Part shown: piece by piece, positions 12,735 through 26,378 of the stretch
Position numbering within the stretch: the stretch's first letter is position 1
Layout: every line of letters begins with the position of its first letter
Source: Octopus sinensis
Lineage: Eukaryota
DNA: 64,000 nucleotides
Direction: 5' to 3'
NCBI RefSeq assembly: GCF_006345805.1
Contig: NC_043008.1
Coordinates: 64,108,001 to 64,172,000 of the forward strand
Made by a program: the position numbers and the translations under genes
The notes under the pieces: generated by a model
The model's database searches: none
The model's input: the letters and a program-made list of their open reading frames with translations, nothing else
What the model was told of the DNA's origin: nothing

Positions 12735-14231
12735 CTTAGAAATTAAACAAGTAATTGTGTTTAGACATTTTTGAAATAAAACTATGTGAGGTAAATAGAT
12801 CTAGAACAATAAATTACTGAAAGAGTCTTACAACTAAGAATGAAGCATTATTAAGTATCGTTGCAGGTTTAAAGCTGTATAATACTATATGGGTTTGTTG
12901 AATTCTGTTTGACTGAAAGACTATATTTATAAAAGCCAACAAGACTTGAAACATTATACAATAATATTCTTTAGAGAATACCTGGTTGTGGTCAACTTCC
13001 TTTTAGGCATGGTGTAGGCATGGTTGTGTGCTCCATGAGTGGATTTGATAGATGGAAACTGAAAGAAGCTTATCATTTGTGTGTGTGTGTGTGTGTGTGT
13101 GAAAATCTGCCTCAATAAATTCTGTCTGATCCATACAAGCATAGAAAAGTAGATGAGGAGGAGAAGGGTGATGGGAGAAGGGGAGGGGAGAGATGGGGAG
13201 AGGAGAAGGAGAGGAGGAAGGGGAGGAGGGGGATGTGGGTAAACTAAAGAGGAAATAGTAAGCAAGATCAAGAAATACTTTATTTTTAATCTTTCAACAT
13301 TGTCCTCAAAACAATGAAACTGACAGCACTGTGAATTCTGAATATGTTTAGATTTTTCTTTAGAATGTGATAGAAAGAGATTTTAGAAGTCCAACATTGA
13401 AGATGTTTTATTAAAAGCCTGCATTATTAGTTTGAAGAATGTGAGACTCTTTATGTATCAAGAGAAGCATCACTACAAGGGGAAAGGTAGGCACAAATTA
13501 ACAAATTACAGCTAGATTATACATTATATTTAATAGCAGAATCTATAGTGAAATTTTGTATGAAATACAATTTTATTTCCATTATTTTCTGCTACTTCTA
13601 TCTAACAAAGACTATTTGAATGGGTGCTTGCATTTACTAAAAGTGACAGTTGAAGAGGATTCTTTTCATACAAGCAACAACATTATATTTTCTCTGTAGA
13701 AGATCAAACCTGTACAATTAACCATCATTCTGTTGGAGAGATATTATAGCAAAGAAATTAAGAGCTGTAATACTTAATACAAGCGATGTTTACAACACTA
13801 AATCAAGTTTCTAGCATCTATCAAAATACGAGACGATGTTGGTTTTAAAAAACATTGACCAATTATTATGGTATTATTTAAAAACAAAGTAACTTCACAG
13901 CTTTCCAAGCAAGAAGATCAAATAAATTATTTTATTCTGTATTTTTTTGACAAAGATACATTAGTCTGTGAGCAGAAAGTAATGACAATGGCATAAAAAG
14001 GAAAAAAAATAATACATAATGTGTTATATTTATTTATTTATCTAAAATTGATATTCTAGCAGATGCATAGGAGTTTGCTAAAATATAATTGAAGGATGTT
14101 GAGAAAGATATGATCAATTGGTTTCTCAAGAATGATCTGATATCAAAGAAGTACGAACTCACCAAGAAAGCAAGAATCCACTAATTACAATACGCACACA
14201 CAGACTCACATACAAACAAATATACTTATGC

Positions 14232-14277
<46 letters not shown>

Positions 14278-14570
14278 CATACATACATCATACATACATA
14301 CATACATACAGATAACGTAAAGGTGATGCCTTAGATAGAAATAATTACATAGGTACCAATATTCCAGGGAAGGTCATATGGATAAAGTCCTTGGGTACTT
14401 CTTCCACAGGGTCCTGTCATAAGCAACAATCATTGCACTTTCCAGCTGGATTTCCAAGTGCAATAAACTAATATATGCAAGAGTAAACACATAAATGTGA
14501 AACAAGGTGAAAAAATAGTACTCAGATACTGGAGGTAGAGTAATATGCTTTATTAAAAACCTGCAAAGAT

Positions 14571-14656
14571 ATCACAAAAACTGTTACTCAGAGTTTCATG
14601 TTTCCGTTCCCATTTATCTGACAAACAGGGAAACTCTGAGTAACAGTTTTTGTGAT
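14571..14656. repeat. 27-bp perfect inverted repeat with HHR-like remnant, within a ~200-bp repeat copy
   Basis: ATCACAAAAACTGTTACTCAGAGTTTC (14571-14597) pairs with GAAACTCTGAGTAACAGTTTTTGTGAT (14630-14656). Confidence 0.8.
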
Positions 14657-14721
14657 GACTTTGCTGCTTTTTGAATAAAAGTATAATATATATATATATT
14701 ATATATATATATATATATTAT

Positions 14722-14760
<39 letters not shown>

Positions 14761-14772
14761 TATATATATTAC

Positions 14773-14811
<39 letters not shown>

Positions 14812-14812
14812 C

Positions 14813-14852
<40 letters not shown>

Positions 14853-14899
14853 CATAATATATAATATACATATATATCTATATCTATTCTACATATATA

Positions 14900-14946
<47 letters not shown>

Positions 14947-14949
14947 CGT

Positions 14950-14983
<34 letters not shown>

Positions 14984-15022
14984 ATAATATATATATATAT
15001 AATATACATATATATATATATA

Positions 15023-15258
15023 TTATGGCTGCCCTCTCATTATCGAATATGGCCATTGCACGAAGCTTAACTGTTACTGGTGCTGTGATCAAATGACGAC
15101 TTTTAGCCCGCTAAAGATCTACAATGTCTTGTACAGAATTGGCAACTAAAATCTTTACCGGTAATAGCAGGCTGTAGTTGTAACTGGGCTTCATGTACCT
15201 TTGCATGTCATTTAAGTCCTCCAGCCGAATTACACTCTCTTCCACATGCATTCTCTGA
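15023..15258 (-). mobile_element. RTE/RTE-X-like LINE 3' end with zinc-finger-like remnants
   Basis: ACGRECNSAGGLK*HAKVH..FSCQFCTRHCRSLAGLKSRH gives two C-x2-C..GL..H-like motifs (the first lacks its leading CxxC), followed by MAIFDNER. It sits between (TA)n tracts. Confidence 0.55.
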
Positions 15259-15527
15259 TATATACATATATATATATATATATATGGAATTTTTTAGAAA
15301 TTTCTGTCGACCTTTTTTTGAGTAGCGTGCATATTGTGAGAAAATTATATGGTTAATGGACAATATGTCCAATTTTTCAGCATATTTGGCATTAGAAATT
15401 TTTTCCTTTGCCCTCATTATGAATTGTTTCTAAATTTACCGTTAAAGGTATTTTTTAATATGCTGGCCATTGATAAAATTTTTTTCAAGAAATATTTTTT
15501 TCGAAAAGAATTTTATCCTCACATTTG

Positions 15528-15580
<53 letters not shown>

Positions 15581-15665
15581 TTCGAGACAAAACCACTATT
15601 TTGCAAAACAAACAAGGAAAGACTTAATCAATACATAAAAATTTTTAATATAAAGAAATAAACCG

Positions 15666-15708
15666 CCACTACAATCCTTTCATGTCTTCAATGACATTCG
15701 TCAGGTGG
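15666..15708 (-). ncRNA. Mirror hammerhead copy with disrupted stem III
   Basis: Inverted copy of 15777-15819, but GAAAC-AAUU-GUA has become GAAAG-GAUU-GUA, which loses the C-G pair of stem III. Confidence 0.6.
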
Positions 15709-15776
15709 ATTTTCGATCTCCTAATCTGTTTTAATTTATGACTTCATAAATTAAAACAGATTAGGAGATCGAAAAT

Positions 15777-15819
15777 CCACCTGACGAATGTCATTGAAGA
15801 CATGAAACAATTGTAGTGG
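15777..15819 (+). ncRNA. Minimal type-I hammerhead ribozyme, intact core
   Basis: CCAC-CUGACGA-AUGUC auugaa GACAU-GAAA-C aauu G-UA^-GUGG. Stem I is 4 bp, stem II 5 bp, stem III carries palindromic CAAUUG, and the triplet is GUA. Confidence 0.8.
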
Positions 15820-16016
15820 CGGTTTATTTCTTTATATTAAAAATTTTTATGTATTGATTAAGTCTTTCCTTGTTTGATTTGCAAAATAGTGGTTTTGTCT
15901 CGAATTAATATTATATAATATTTTACTATAAAATTGGATTTAATCCTAAATCTGATTTTTTCCCTGTAAATTTGGATTTATTCCCTAATATTTATTATTA
16001 TATATATATATATATA

Positions 16017-16404
16017 CTAGCAGTATCGCCCGGCGTTGCTCGGGTTGTAAGGGAAATAACTATATAAGCATTTTTAGAGAGTTATAGCCAAAAAATAGCA
16101 AAAAAAATGCATTAAAAATTGAAAAAAATTAAGGTAAATTTTTTTAAAATCGTTGACACTCATCGTAGATATTTTTAGAGAGTTACTTCCCTTATATAAA
16201 AGCGAAAAAAAATGCATTAAAATGGAAAAAAAAATATGGATGGTAAATTTTTTTAAAATCGTAGACTCATCGTGTAGAAGGGCTCGATATGAATCACGAC
16301 TATAAGATACCCGCTTTTGGTTAAACTGCACCGCAAATGTGGAGGGAGTAATTACGAATGTAAATCGAAGGGGACAGACACACAACTTCACTCTTATATA
16401 AAGA
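16017..16404 (-). mobile_element. Non-autonomous Helitron
   Basis: Minus strand runs 5' A|TCTTTATATAA to CCCGAGCAACGCCGGG hairpin-CTAG|T 3', with an internal ~100-bp tandem duplication. Confidence 0.8.
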
Positions 16405-17182
16405 TGCTTTTTTTTTTCAGTTATAGAGTTAGATTTATGAAGGTCTTCAGTAGAAAATCCTTTGAATTCTGACTCGCTGCTTGATATAATGAAATTCGTA
16501 TCCATTTTTTATCAGAATTACAAATTTTGAAAACACAATAGGAACAAATTTCGGAAAAAAATCTCCATAATTCACGGAATTAAAATTACACTTCGATTTT
16601 TGTACAAAACTGTATTTGAAGTGTTTACGAAGTATAATACGTGTTTTCACGAATGTACTAAAGAGATTTACTCTGATATTCTCATTTAAATATGAATAGG
16701 TAAATTCGGGCGGTTTGGTAACGAAAGGGTTTATATAAGTGTCGTCTGTTTATACATAAACACTGTTTCATAGTTTCAGTTTAGTCTTCCTCAAATCACT
16801 GTCGCTAATTTACTCTCTTCCAAGAACATTTTCACTCACTGTTATCTGTTAGCTTCCCATACATTTTACTCATGTATCTATCAGCGTGATAGACAGAAAC
16901 AAATATTACATTTACTTTCATTTTATTCGTTGCCCACTGTGTGTGTGCGTTTGCATGTGCTGTAAACCAGACTAAGAAAAGCATTTGACACACCCACCAG
17001 AATGTGAGTTTTCTGTAAATTTTGCTTAATTGGAGTTTAAATTTTAAAAACTGGACCTGGCATGACGCGATGCATTGTACTCTTAAAACTGCTAGGTAAA
17101 TTGTAATTGAAGAAATCCTATATTGTAGATTTCTATAACTCCCAAAGGGAGGCAGATAAAATCTGCCTTTTATAATAAGAGA
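16405..17182 (-). mobile_element. Probable second Helitron 5' portion abutting 16017-16404
   Basis: The minus strand starts A|TCTCTTATTATAAAAGGCAGATTTTATCTGCC (a TC start followed by a hairpin). The 3' end was not seen. Confidence 0.4.
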
Positions 17183-17614
17183 TACATATATTTCATGTAT
17201 TTTAACACATTGTGCAAATGGTTCCTTGATTAAATCACAGGACTCTTGCAGAAAAGAGTAAAAGAACAACTGAACTAGTTTTCCTAATCATCTGCAGCTC
17301 AGCAGTTGTGTTTACTTTGTCAGATGTACAAAAAGAAAGAGAGTGAGAGAGAGAGGTGTAACTTACAGCTTGTATGAAAATTTCAATGATCAGACTTTGA
17401 ATTGCTCTTGTTCATTTACATATCAGTACATTCATTGCCATCTGCATATTAGGTTGTCTCATATGAAATGTCATATTTTAAATGGGTTTCTTATGAGTCA
17501 TCTATAAATGGATTTTTAATGAGTTTCTATGTATATGCTTGGGTTTAATTTTAACTCTTTTTTCTTTCTAGACAATACTATTATTAAAAATTGCTACCCA
17601 AAGCTCTAATGATA

Positions 17615-17812
17615 ATGTTGACGACCGAACAATACCGAGTGATTTTGTTGTTGGTAATGATTCCATTGACATTGGAACTGTTCAGTGATGGTTCCAAAGA
17701 TTTCGTTCAGGAAATAAAAGACTTAAAAATGAACCAAGAGGGAGACCAAAATCAGTTGTCCAGCATGATGAATTGAATGCTTTAGTTAAATGAAATCCAA
17801 GAACAGTGGTCT
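17615..17812 (+). pseudogene. Decayed mariner transposase N-terminal HTH fragment
   Basis: MLTTEQYRVILL, then after a frameshift GNDSIDIGTVQ*WFQRFRSGNKRLKNEPRGRPKSVVQHDELNALVK*NPRT. This matches the mariner WF.RF.SG...L.DE.R.GRP motif. Confidence 0.75.
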
Positions 17813-18468
17813 GGAAAATCGGATCAGAGCGATTTTCCAGGCATGTAAAAACAATCCTATCTCTGTAGTCTTCCAGTTTTTTTGTCATCTTCCTTGTGCT
17901 GTGTAGCTGTGGTTTTTGAGTGCAAATATAGAGAGAGCAGAGATGTGATGGGAGAATGAGCGGAAGGGGAGTGGGAATAAGTTGGGTAAGTGAGGGGAAG
18001 AGACCAAGGGGATGTCGGGGGGGGGGGATGTGAGGGGCAGATAGAGAAGTTGAGACAGAAAAGGCGGCATTGAGGAGACTGAGAGGGAAGCAGAGATGAT
18101 GGAAGGGTAGGTATGCAGGGGAGAGGATGGGCATGAAACAGTGGGGGATTGGATTGTAGGTGTGGGTGGATGGAGATAGGACAGGGGAGTAAGTGGGCAT
18201 GAGAGAGAGAGGGGAAGAGAGAGACAAGATACACATTTATTCTAGTACAGTGTGAGAGAGAAAGAGAGCAGAGTATGTATCACTAGGGTATGAGTGAGAA
18301 AATAGAAATCTTTGTAAATAAGAGCAAATTGATGGAGAGAAAAAAGGATGAGAGGAAAAAAGGATAGATATTTGGAGAATGTGAGAGAGACTAGATACAC
18401 ATTGATTCTAATACAGAGGGAGAGGGGGATATGTATCGCTAATGTTTGAGTGAAAAAGTAAGTATACA

Positions 18469-18514
<46 letters not shown>

Positions 18515-18525
18515 TAGATAGATAG

Positions 18526-18567
<42 letters not shown>

Positions 18568-18682
18568 GCAGACAGATAGATAGATGTAGGCATGTAGGTA
18601 GGTAGGTAGGTAGGTAGGTTGGTTGGTATGTAGGTATGTAGGCAGGTAGATAGGTAGGTAGGTACAAATATGTATATGCATG

Positions 18683-18725
<43 letters not shown>

Positions 18726-20937
18726 CACAAACATATATATCTATATAATATTCTATTCTTTATGACAGTAAGTAAATATAAGCCATTGGTAATATAATAT
18801 GAATAGATCATTGAATCATATCTGGCATCATCTAAAAATAAACTCACATCAAAGTAGCTAAATAAATGTTAAACTGATAAGAATCACTTTGTGGTGTATT
18901 TTAGTGAATAGTTGTTATGACCAGTTATTAAGTACAATTTATTCTTCGTGCCAGCTAGGATAGAAATGTAAGTGAACCATCAATGAAATTGGATTTGTGA
19001 ACCATAAGGCTATGACAAAAGATTTTCTGATGCTTACATTAACGTTTCATTGTATTTGAATGCAATACAATAACAATAATCTTAATGACAAGAGCAATGA
19101 ATCTGGTATCAACTTTACAGAATTGCATAGGCATGCGCTTGTTCAGTTTTCGATTATTGATTAATTCACCTAATATGATGAGAATAGAGCTCTAAATTTT
19201 TGGCATTAAGTAAATTTATTTAATCAGTCATTTTACAATGCTATTTGTTTCATATCAACTCAACTGTGAAGTTAAAGATTTTAATTGCAGTTTTAAGATC
19301 ACAAAAGTAAGGTGTACACAGTAGTTTGTATAAACAGTTGTAAGGTGAGTGAAATTTGCTAAAATGGTATTCCAAGTAAACTAGGAAGTGATATCTCCAC
19401 TTATAGCAACATATGCCAATCTGTAATCTAAGTGGAATTGGGAACTCTTTACACTACTTAATGAGAGTTCTTTATTTGAGAGTTGAAGGATTTAAAAGGT
19501 TAGATCTTTCATATGACAAAGAATTGCAAAAACAACTTTTTATATTTGATGAATATAAAATTCTTGTTTTTCTGCTTCATTTTGAAGGCATATCAAAGAG
19601 AATCAAATATTTTTGATGTCAAGTTTCATGAAATTTTGAATATTGTTGTGAAGGTAGACAGTTTGTTAGTGGTTCTAACTCTAAAAAAATACCGCAAAAA
19701 CCCATGTAATTTACACTCTATTTTTGCAAAAATGAAAATAAACATTAGGGAGTGCATAAATTATATGAGTAGACCGTTTCAAGAATTTTTTTTAAATTCT
19801 TTTTTGTTGTAAAATGACATACAAAATGTAAACATTTGACCCAGAAGTTGATTCATTTAATAACAGAATAGGTTTTAACAGAAAAAATAATGGCTTAAAT
19901 AATATAGTTGACTTTTATATATGCTGGACAATGTAATGCTTACTTTTTCTGTATAAATCTATTAAAACCATTAAATGGTTAACTACTTCTTGAAGTTTGA
20001 CGTTCATGCTGGTAAATATAGTCTGGCCCATGTTTTACAGTGCTTGGAATTTCTACCTATGGTAATAGAGCACCATTGACATATATAGTGATATGGATAG
20101 CCCTGACTGAAAAAATGTAACGATATGGATAATCTTGATTATATGATTTTATTTTTGTTTGTTTGTTACTATGCACAGTTTTAAGTTTGTCATACTCTTT
20201 ATACCAATTTTGAATAATGGCCTCATTAACATTAAAATGCCTTCTGGTAGCTCTATTTCCATGTTCAAATGCATATTCAACATATTTAATTTCTCCTTCA
20301 CAGTAAATGATTCATAAGTTCTGCCCGTACTGACAATAATGGTAATGGCAAATTTTTAAGTTTGCTTGACATTTTATAAGTGTGAAAAGGATTAAAATTT
20401 CGATACTCCGTATCAAAGGTTCCAACAAGAAAAGCAGAAAAGAATTCTGTTACATAATTAGTTTGATCGGTCACCTTTCTCTGTCAGTTGAATAAAGTGT
20501 CACCCAAGCTGATGTTTATTGGTAGTTAAACTTAATTTGCAACACCTGTGTGTATTTATCAGCTTTGTTTTTGTTGGCAGTTCTTATCAACAACTTTTCC
20601 TGTGATCATGATTTGAGAAGACATACAGCAGTATGCTAAAGATTGGAATAATCTCTTGTAGACAAGAAATGTAAAATAAAGTGTATTACAAATAACACAA
20701 ACATTTTGTAATTTAGTAGCTTTCAATGTGATACCTGTTAAGCAGAAATTATTTTTATCTAATGAAAATTTAATAAAATCTAATCATAAGTAAGTGAAAT
20801 TATTTTGTTCCCTCTATGTTTAGCCCCTTGTGGGCAATAAAGAAATAAGGGAGTAATTTCGTAGTGAATGTGTGTGTGTATGCAATGATATATATGCACA
20901 CACACATACACACACATATGTGTGTCTGTGTGTGTAC

Positions 20938-21590
20938 AATGATGATGAGGAGGAGGACAATGATGACAATGATAATGATTATGCTGATGACAATGATGAT
21001 GAGGACGATGACAATGACAATGATGATGGTGATGATGATGATGATGACAACGACAATGATGAAGAGATGATGATGATGATCACAACAATGATGATGATGA
21101 CAATGGCAATGAGAATGATAATGATGACGATGACGATGATGATGATGATGATGATGACAATGACGATGATGATGATGATGATGAAAACAATGACAATGAT
21201 GACGAGGATGATGATGATGACGATGACAATGATGATGGTGACGATAATGATGAGGACGATGACGATGAAAATGATGATGATGACAATGACTATGACAATG
21301 ATGATGATGGTGATGATGATGATGACAACGACAAGGATGAAGAGATGATGATGATGACAATGACAATGAGAATGATAATGATGACAATGATGATGATGAT
21401 GATGACAATGACGATTATGATGATGATGATGATGATGATAGCAACAGTGATGATGAAGAGAACAACAATGACAATGACAATGATGATGATGACGACGACG
21501 ACGATGATGATGACAAAGATGACAACAACGATCATGATAATGAAGATGATAGTGATGACAATACTGATGATGCTGATGATGAACGACTGA
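20938..21590. repeat. Degenerate (GAT/GAC)n tract
   Basis: Read directly from the sequence. It is the source of the poly-M/D/H/S ORFs. Confidence 0.95.
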
Positions 21591-22134
21591 TAAATCTGCC
21601 ATACTAGCAACATTTATTTAACCACAAACACATGCCATATCTCATATTGTGGTGTGCATTTATTTAAAAGACATCTTTCACATTGCCATAACTTTGTCAT
21701 AAAGAAACAGTCTGTATATTAAGCTAAATGTAAAATATACACACTTCTGATATTTTAGAAAGCACTTTTTTTTCTTTTTTGCATACCAAAAAATATCAAT
21801 TTGGTTTCATCTTATTATTGTTTTGTATTTTTTGGTAACTGTAATATTTTATTTTAAAATAAACAAAAGTATATAAAAAAAAACTGAGGAAATTTTTTAA
21901 AAATTTTTATATCATGAAAATGGTAAAAAATAAAATGGAAGGAACTATACTTGGAGATGGAATATTTTATATGACTATGCTTTCAACTCATAATAATGTG
22001 TAATGAAAGAGAAAAATGAAAAAAAGACATTTTCTTGGTAGCATCTTCATGACACTGCACTGTAATATTCATAGCATTCATATATAAATATACATATGAC
22101 TGTAATAACACAAAGTTTAAATATCAAGAATGTA

Positions 22135-22268
<134 letters not shown>

Positions 22269-23170
22269 TGGTTGATCAACATTTTTAAAGTAAGTTTTAA
22301 TGGGTTCTGGAATAATATATGTGGCAGCATAGAAAATGTAGATAAAAAAAGAAAAGAAATTCCTAATATATAGTTTATCATACATCAATACTGAACAGAA
22401 AAGTTTAAAAAAATGAATATATTATAGTATGGCAAATATGTGATGAGGAAGCAGGGAAAAGTAGAAATATTTCAGAGACAAAAAAAAATACTATCAGGAT
22501 TTATTATCATCAGTTCTGGTCCTATTTTATTTTTTTATAATTTATCTTGCAATTGGTAAGCAAAAATGTCATTGGTTACAGGTCTGCAGTAGGCTAATCA
22601 CTAGCTCATGGCATCTGACTAGGAACACAAACAAGGAAGATTTTGTAATTTAAAGCAGAACAAATATCACATAGGATTTCGTTTGAAAAACACGTTTGAT
22701 ATTTCAATTTTCTAATCAAAATTTACACTTGCCACCAATATACATCAAGGGAAAAATATACATACATCATGTTTATCCTTAATATTTACTTGTTCTGGGG
22801 CAGATCATCCTCATCTAAACTTGTTCTAGCAAAGAATTATTTTATTCCAAGGTGGAGCAGAGGGCAAAATCTTACTATTATGCCCTTGTTTATATTTCAA
22901 AATAAAATGATTCAGAAGTCAGTAAGAAGTTCTGAGATGTGTATAACACTTCTGAAACTATTTGAAGTATTTTCAAGTTCAAATATGATTGGAGTCTGTG
23001 TTGTACACACACACCACACACACATCATATTATATATATATATATATATTATATATATATATATATATATACATATATATATGTTTGTATGTATATATAT
23101 AATATGCATAGTTTTTTTATGTATAGTAAATTTATTTTTCATTTTGAATTGATAAAAGGTGTTTTTTCTA

Positions 23171-23350
<180 letters not shown>

Positions 23351-24449
23351 ACAATTGCAGCATGTAAGATATTTATAAGCCATTCAAGAACACACAAAAA
23401 CCATTAGTTTCACTTCAACATTTAATTTTCATTTGTGTCAAAATATATTCATTGCTTTGAAACTTGGCACTGCATCTCAAGACGCGATAATGATTTTAAG
23501 CACACTTCAAAGATGTGCATTCTGATAAACAGCTTCCCATCTGGCCAATACATATATCTTAATTACTTGTCATTTGTTAAAGTCAGATTTTTACAATTTA
23601 CTTTTGCATTTTAGTAATTTTTTTTCTACTCTTTGTCTTCATATAATGATCATCATATATAAATTAACTTGTACCCAATGATTGTCAGTGCTCTCAGACA
23701 CAGTAAAGCTTTGTCACAGCTGTTTATATTAAATGCTTGTTTTTATCTACAACTGTTTCATAGTTTTCAAGAATTATGTGTTTAAACAATCGTTTAACTG
23801 GCAATTAGTTCCTTTAATTTATTACTTTGATTCATGCAAGCTTCATTCCGTAATGTTAGAAATATTCTGATAACATTTACTATAACAGTTACTATATCTA
23901 AGTCTTGACTTCTTTTCATGGATTGCTCAAATTTGTTCTGTAGATGTTTGTTTTGCATGTTCTACATTATTTTGTGTATGTAAAGTTGAGAGTTTATGTT
24001 TAAGTAGAAATTCTTTTGAGTTCTGTGATTCATTCTTCATTGTTATTTATATCATCAATAACAGTACAAATACACCTGGTTACATAGTATGGAATGTTAC
24101 ATTTTGTATGTTCTGAATGGTATGGTTTAAAGTTCAGGTACTTCACAATAACTAAGTACAGTGATAATTGTTGATACATGTCAGTTTATATATGCTGAAC
24201 ATTATATGAACATAGATTGGTAAAAACCTTATTGTCAAATACAAATATGTATTGTATAAGCAGAAATCTGATTAACTTTTACAAACAACCAAATCGTGAT
24301 AAAATATGTATTGACTCAGTTGAAAATTCATTATTAGATTGCATGTGAACACACCAACAGCGAATTAGGGATGTAATGCTAGACAGATTCCATTAAGTAC
24401 ACATTTGGAAACATATAGAAATGATTTTTTTTATATTTCCATTTTATAG

Positions 24450-24531
24450 ACTTTATGATCCAAATGAAATTAAAAGAGCTAAAGAACAGAATTTCATGGA
24501 GGAGCTTAAGGCAGTTATAAATGGATTATAA
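24450..24531 (+). CDS. Candidate terminal coding exon (LYDPNEIKRAKEQNFMEELKAVINGL*)
   Basis: Acceptor tttttatatttccattttatag and coding-like composition against very AT-rich flanks. AATAAA lies near 24768. Confidence 0.35.
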
Positions 24532-25151
24532 TATTAATATATTAATTTTAATTTCATATAATCTAAAAATTTCATTCACTCAAAAGCTCTTGCAATTCTT
24601 ACTGTAAGCATTTTAAACATTATCCCTCTTAAGCTATGCAACAATTCTACCTAGTTACAGTTACTGTTGGTATGTAAATATTCCCTTAGATATAGCTACT
24701 GTTGCTATATGAATATTTATCTGAAGATTGCTGTAAAATATGAAAGTATTTGAGATGCAGCAAACAAAATAAAATAAAATGCTAAAATTCAACAATGCTG
24801 GAAATTTATTTATCAATATACTAGTGTGTGTGTGTGTATGTGTGAGTATGTGTGTGTGTGTGTGTGTGTGTGTGTTCTATTTTTGATTATTTGAAATATT
24901 TGTATATGGAAGGAGTGATTTTTAATACAAGACACAAAGCTCCATTTTGGAATGTAGTTAACAAAAACAAATTCATATTTTGAACCTGAGAAAAGTCTTG
25001 CATATTTTTGCTGTTCCACTTACTGATTGTATTTATAATGTGCGAATTAGCTAGCTGTTTTTTTTTTCTGAAAACCCCCAGCTTGTTTGTATATATGTAT
25101 ATGTGTATATGAATATATGAATATATGTATGTGTATTTATGTATGTATATG

Positions 25152-25183
<32 letters not shown>

Positions 25184-25524
25184 TGTATGTATGTATGTAT
25201 GTATGTATGTATGTATGTATGCATGCATATATGTATGTGGGTATGTATGTATACACACACACACACACTGATATATATATATATGCAAAACATAACAAAT
25301 GGTAAATTAGACAAAATCATAGTACATGGAAATTTTGCTGCTGTTTCCTCATCAGTCAATGTCCAAGACATCCTAGTGGCTTCACACTTTTAACATTGAT
25401 ACCACTCCATCTTGGCAGTGCCAGAGCAGGAAGATTCTAGGAATAGCTAACGAATGTAAACAACAAGGATGAAAACAAACAAGACAAACTAAAATAATAT
25501 AACAATTGTATGTGTACAGCAACA

Positions 25525-25567
<43 letters not shown>

Positions 25568-25980
25568 TTAATAATAATAATAATAATATTAATGATAATA
25601 ATAATACAAAAACAACAGAAAAAGAATAGTTATACACACACAATGGAAACAGGCCTTTTGGTCATCAAATGGATGTATGTAAGATAACACAAAGGAGAAA
25701 TGAAATGTGTAATATATAATTAATGCCTACATACATATAATAGTGTTCTGCATAGCTCCTGTCCACAAAATTCCTCTCATAAGATATAGGTCAAACAGAG
25801 GTTACTTCAGCAGAAGTCAGTCTCCTAAAACACTGCACTGCAGCATCTGACCAGGTAGTCTGTGTTCATGAAGAAAACTTCTTACTACACAGCCCAGACA
25901 CTCAAACTCCTATTTGAATGCCAATAATTTATTTTGGTAGTCTCACCCATTTTCAAACAATTAAAAGTGCATGTAACATA

Positions 25981-26378
25981 CAGGTGCTGACGTGGCTATA
26001 TGATAAGAAGCTTGCTTTCTAGCCACATGGTCCTGGGTTCAGTCCCACTGTGTGGTATCTTGGGCAAGTGTCTTTGACTACAGCCTCAGGCTGACCAAAG
26101 CCTCATGAGTGGATTTGGTAGATGGAAACTGAAAGAAGCGAGTCATATATGTGTGTATGCATCTTTGTGCCTACATTTGCCCCTCCCCCCATCACCGCTT
26201 GACAACCTGTGTTGGTATGTTTATGTGCCGATAACTTAGCAGTTCAGCAAAAGAACTTGATAAAATAAGTACCAGGCTTAAAAGAAAAAAATACGTTCTG
26301 GGGTCAATTCATTCAGCTAAAAATTCTTCATGATAGTGCCCCAGCATGACCACAGCCTAATAACTGAAACAGTTAAAA
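25981..26378 (+). mobile_element. SINE family B (older copy); further degenerate copies at ~7140-7460, 9125-9290, 12995-13110, 34945-35165, 37695-37855, 43780-44330
   Basis: Same head and 3' blocks as 53800-54195. Confidence 0.7.

Larger units (their letters stand above)
15569..15916. repeat. ~348-bp near-perfect palindrome (arms ~173 bp, 2-nt loop)
   Basis: 15569-15741 is the reverse complement of 15744-15916, with 3 mismatches found by eye. Each arm carries an HHR, and (TA)n flanks it. This tail-to-tail layout is typical of Penelope-like element termini. Confidence 0.9.

Noticed and set aside
13364-13490. In-frame TAG within an otherwise open frame (also at 11921), suggesting UAG->UGG recoding by A-to-I editing
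   Set aside because: The exon itself is unproven, and single stops in frames of this length are expected by chance. No RNA evidence is available.
20040-20090. VLGISTYGNRAPLT resembling a K2P channel pore loop
   Set aside because: There is no GYG/GFG signature and no flanking transmembrane exons.
20800-21613. Long His-, Met-, Asp- and Ser-rich ORFs (also poly-IY, poly-K/R/E and YLSI ORFs elsewhere)
   Set aside because: They are direct translations of (GAT)n, (TA)n, (CTT)n and (GATA)n microsatellites.
25340-25365. CTGATGAGGAAAC on the minus strand (also CTGATGA at 63352-63358 minus, 38624, 40086 and 44720)
   Set aside because: No stem II or stem I can be formed, so these are chance matches to the HHR core.
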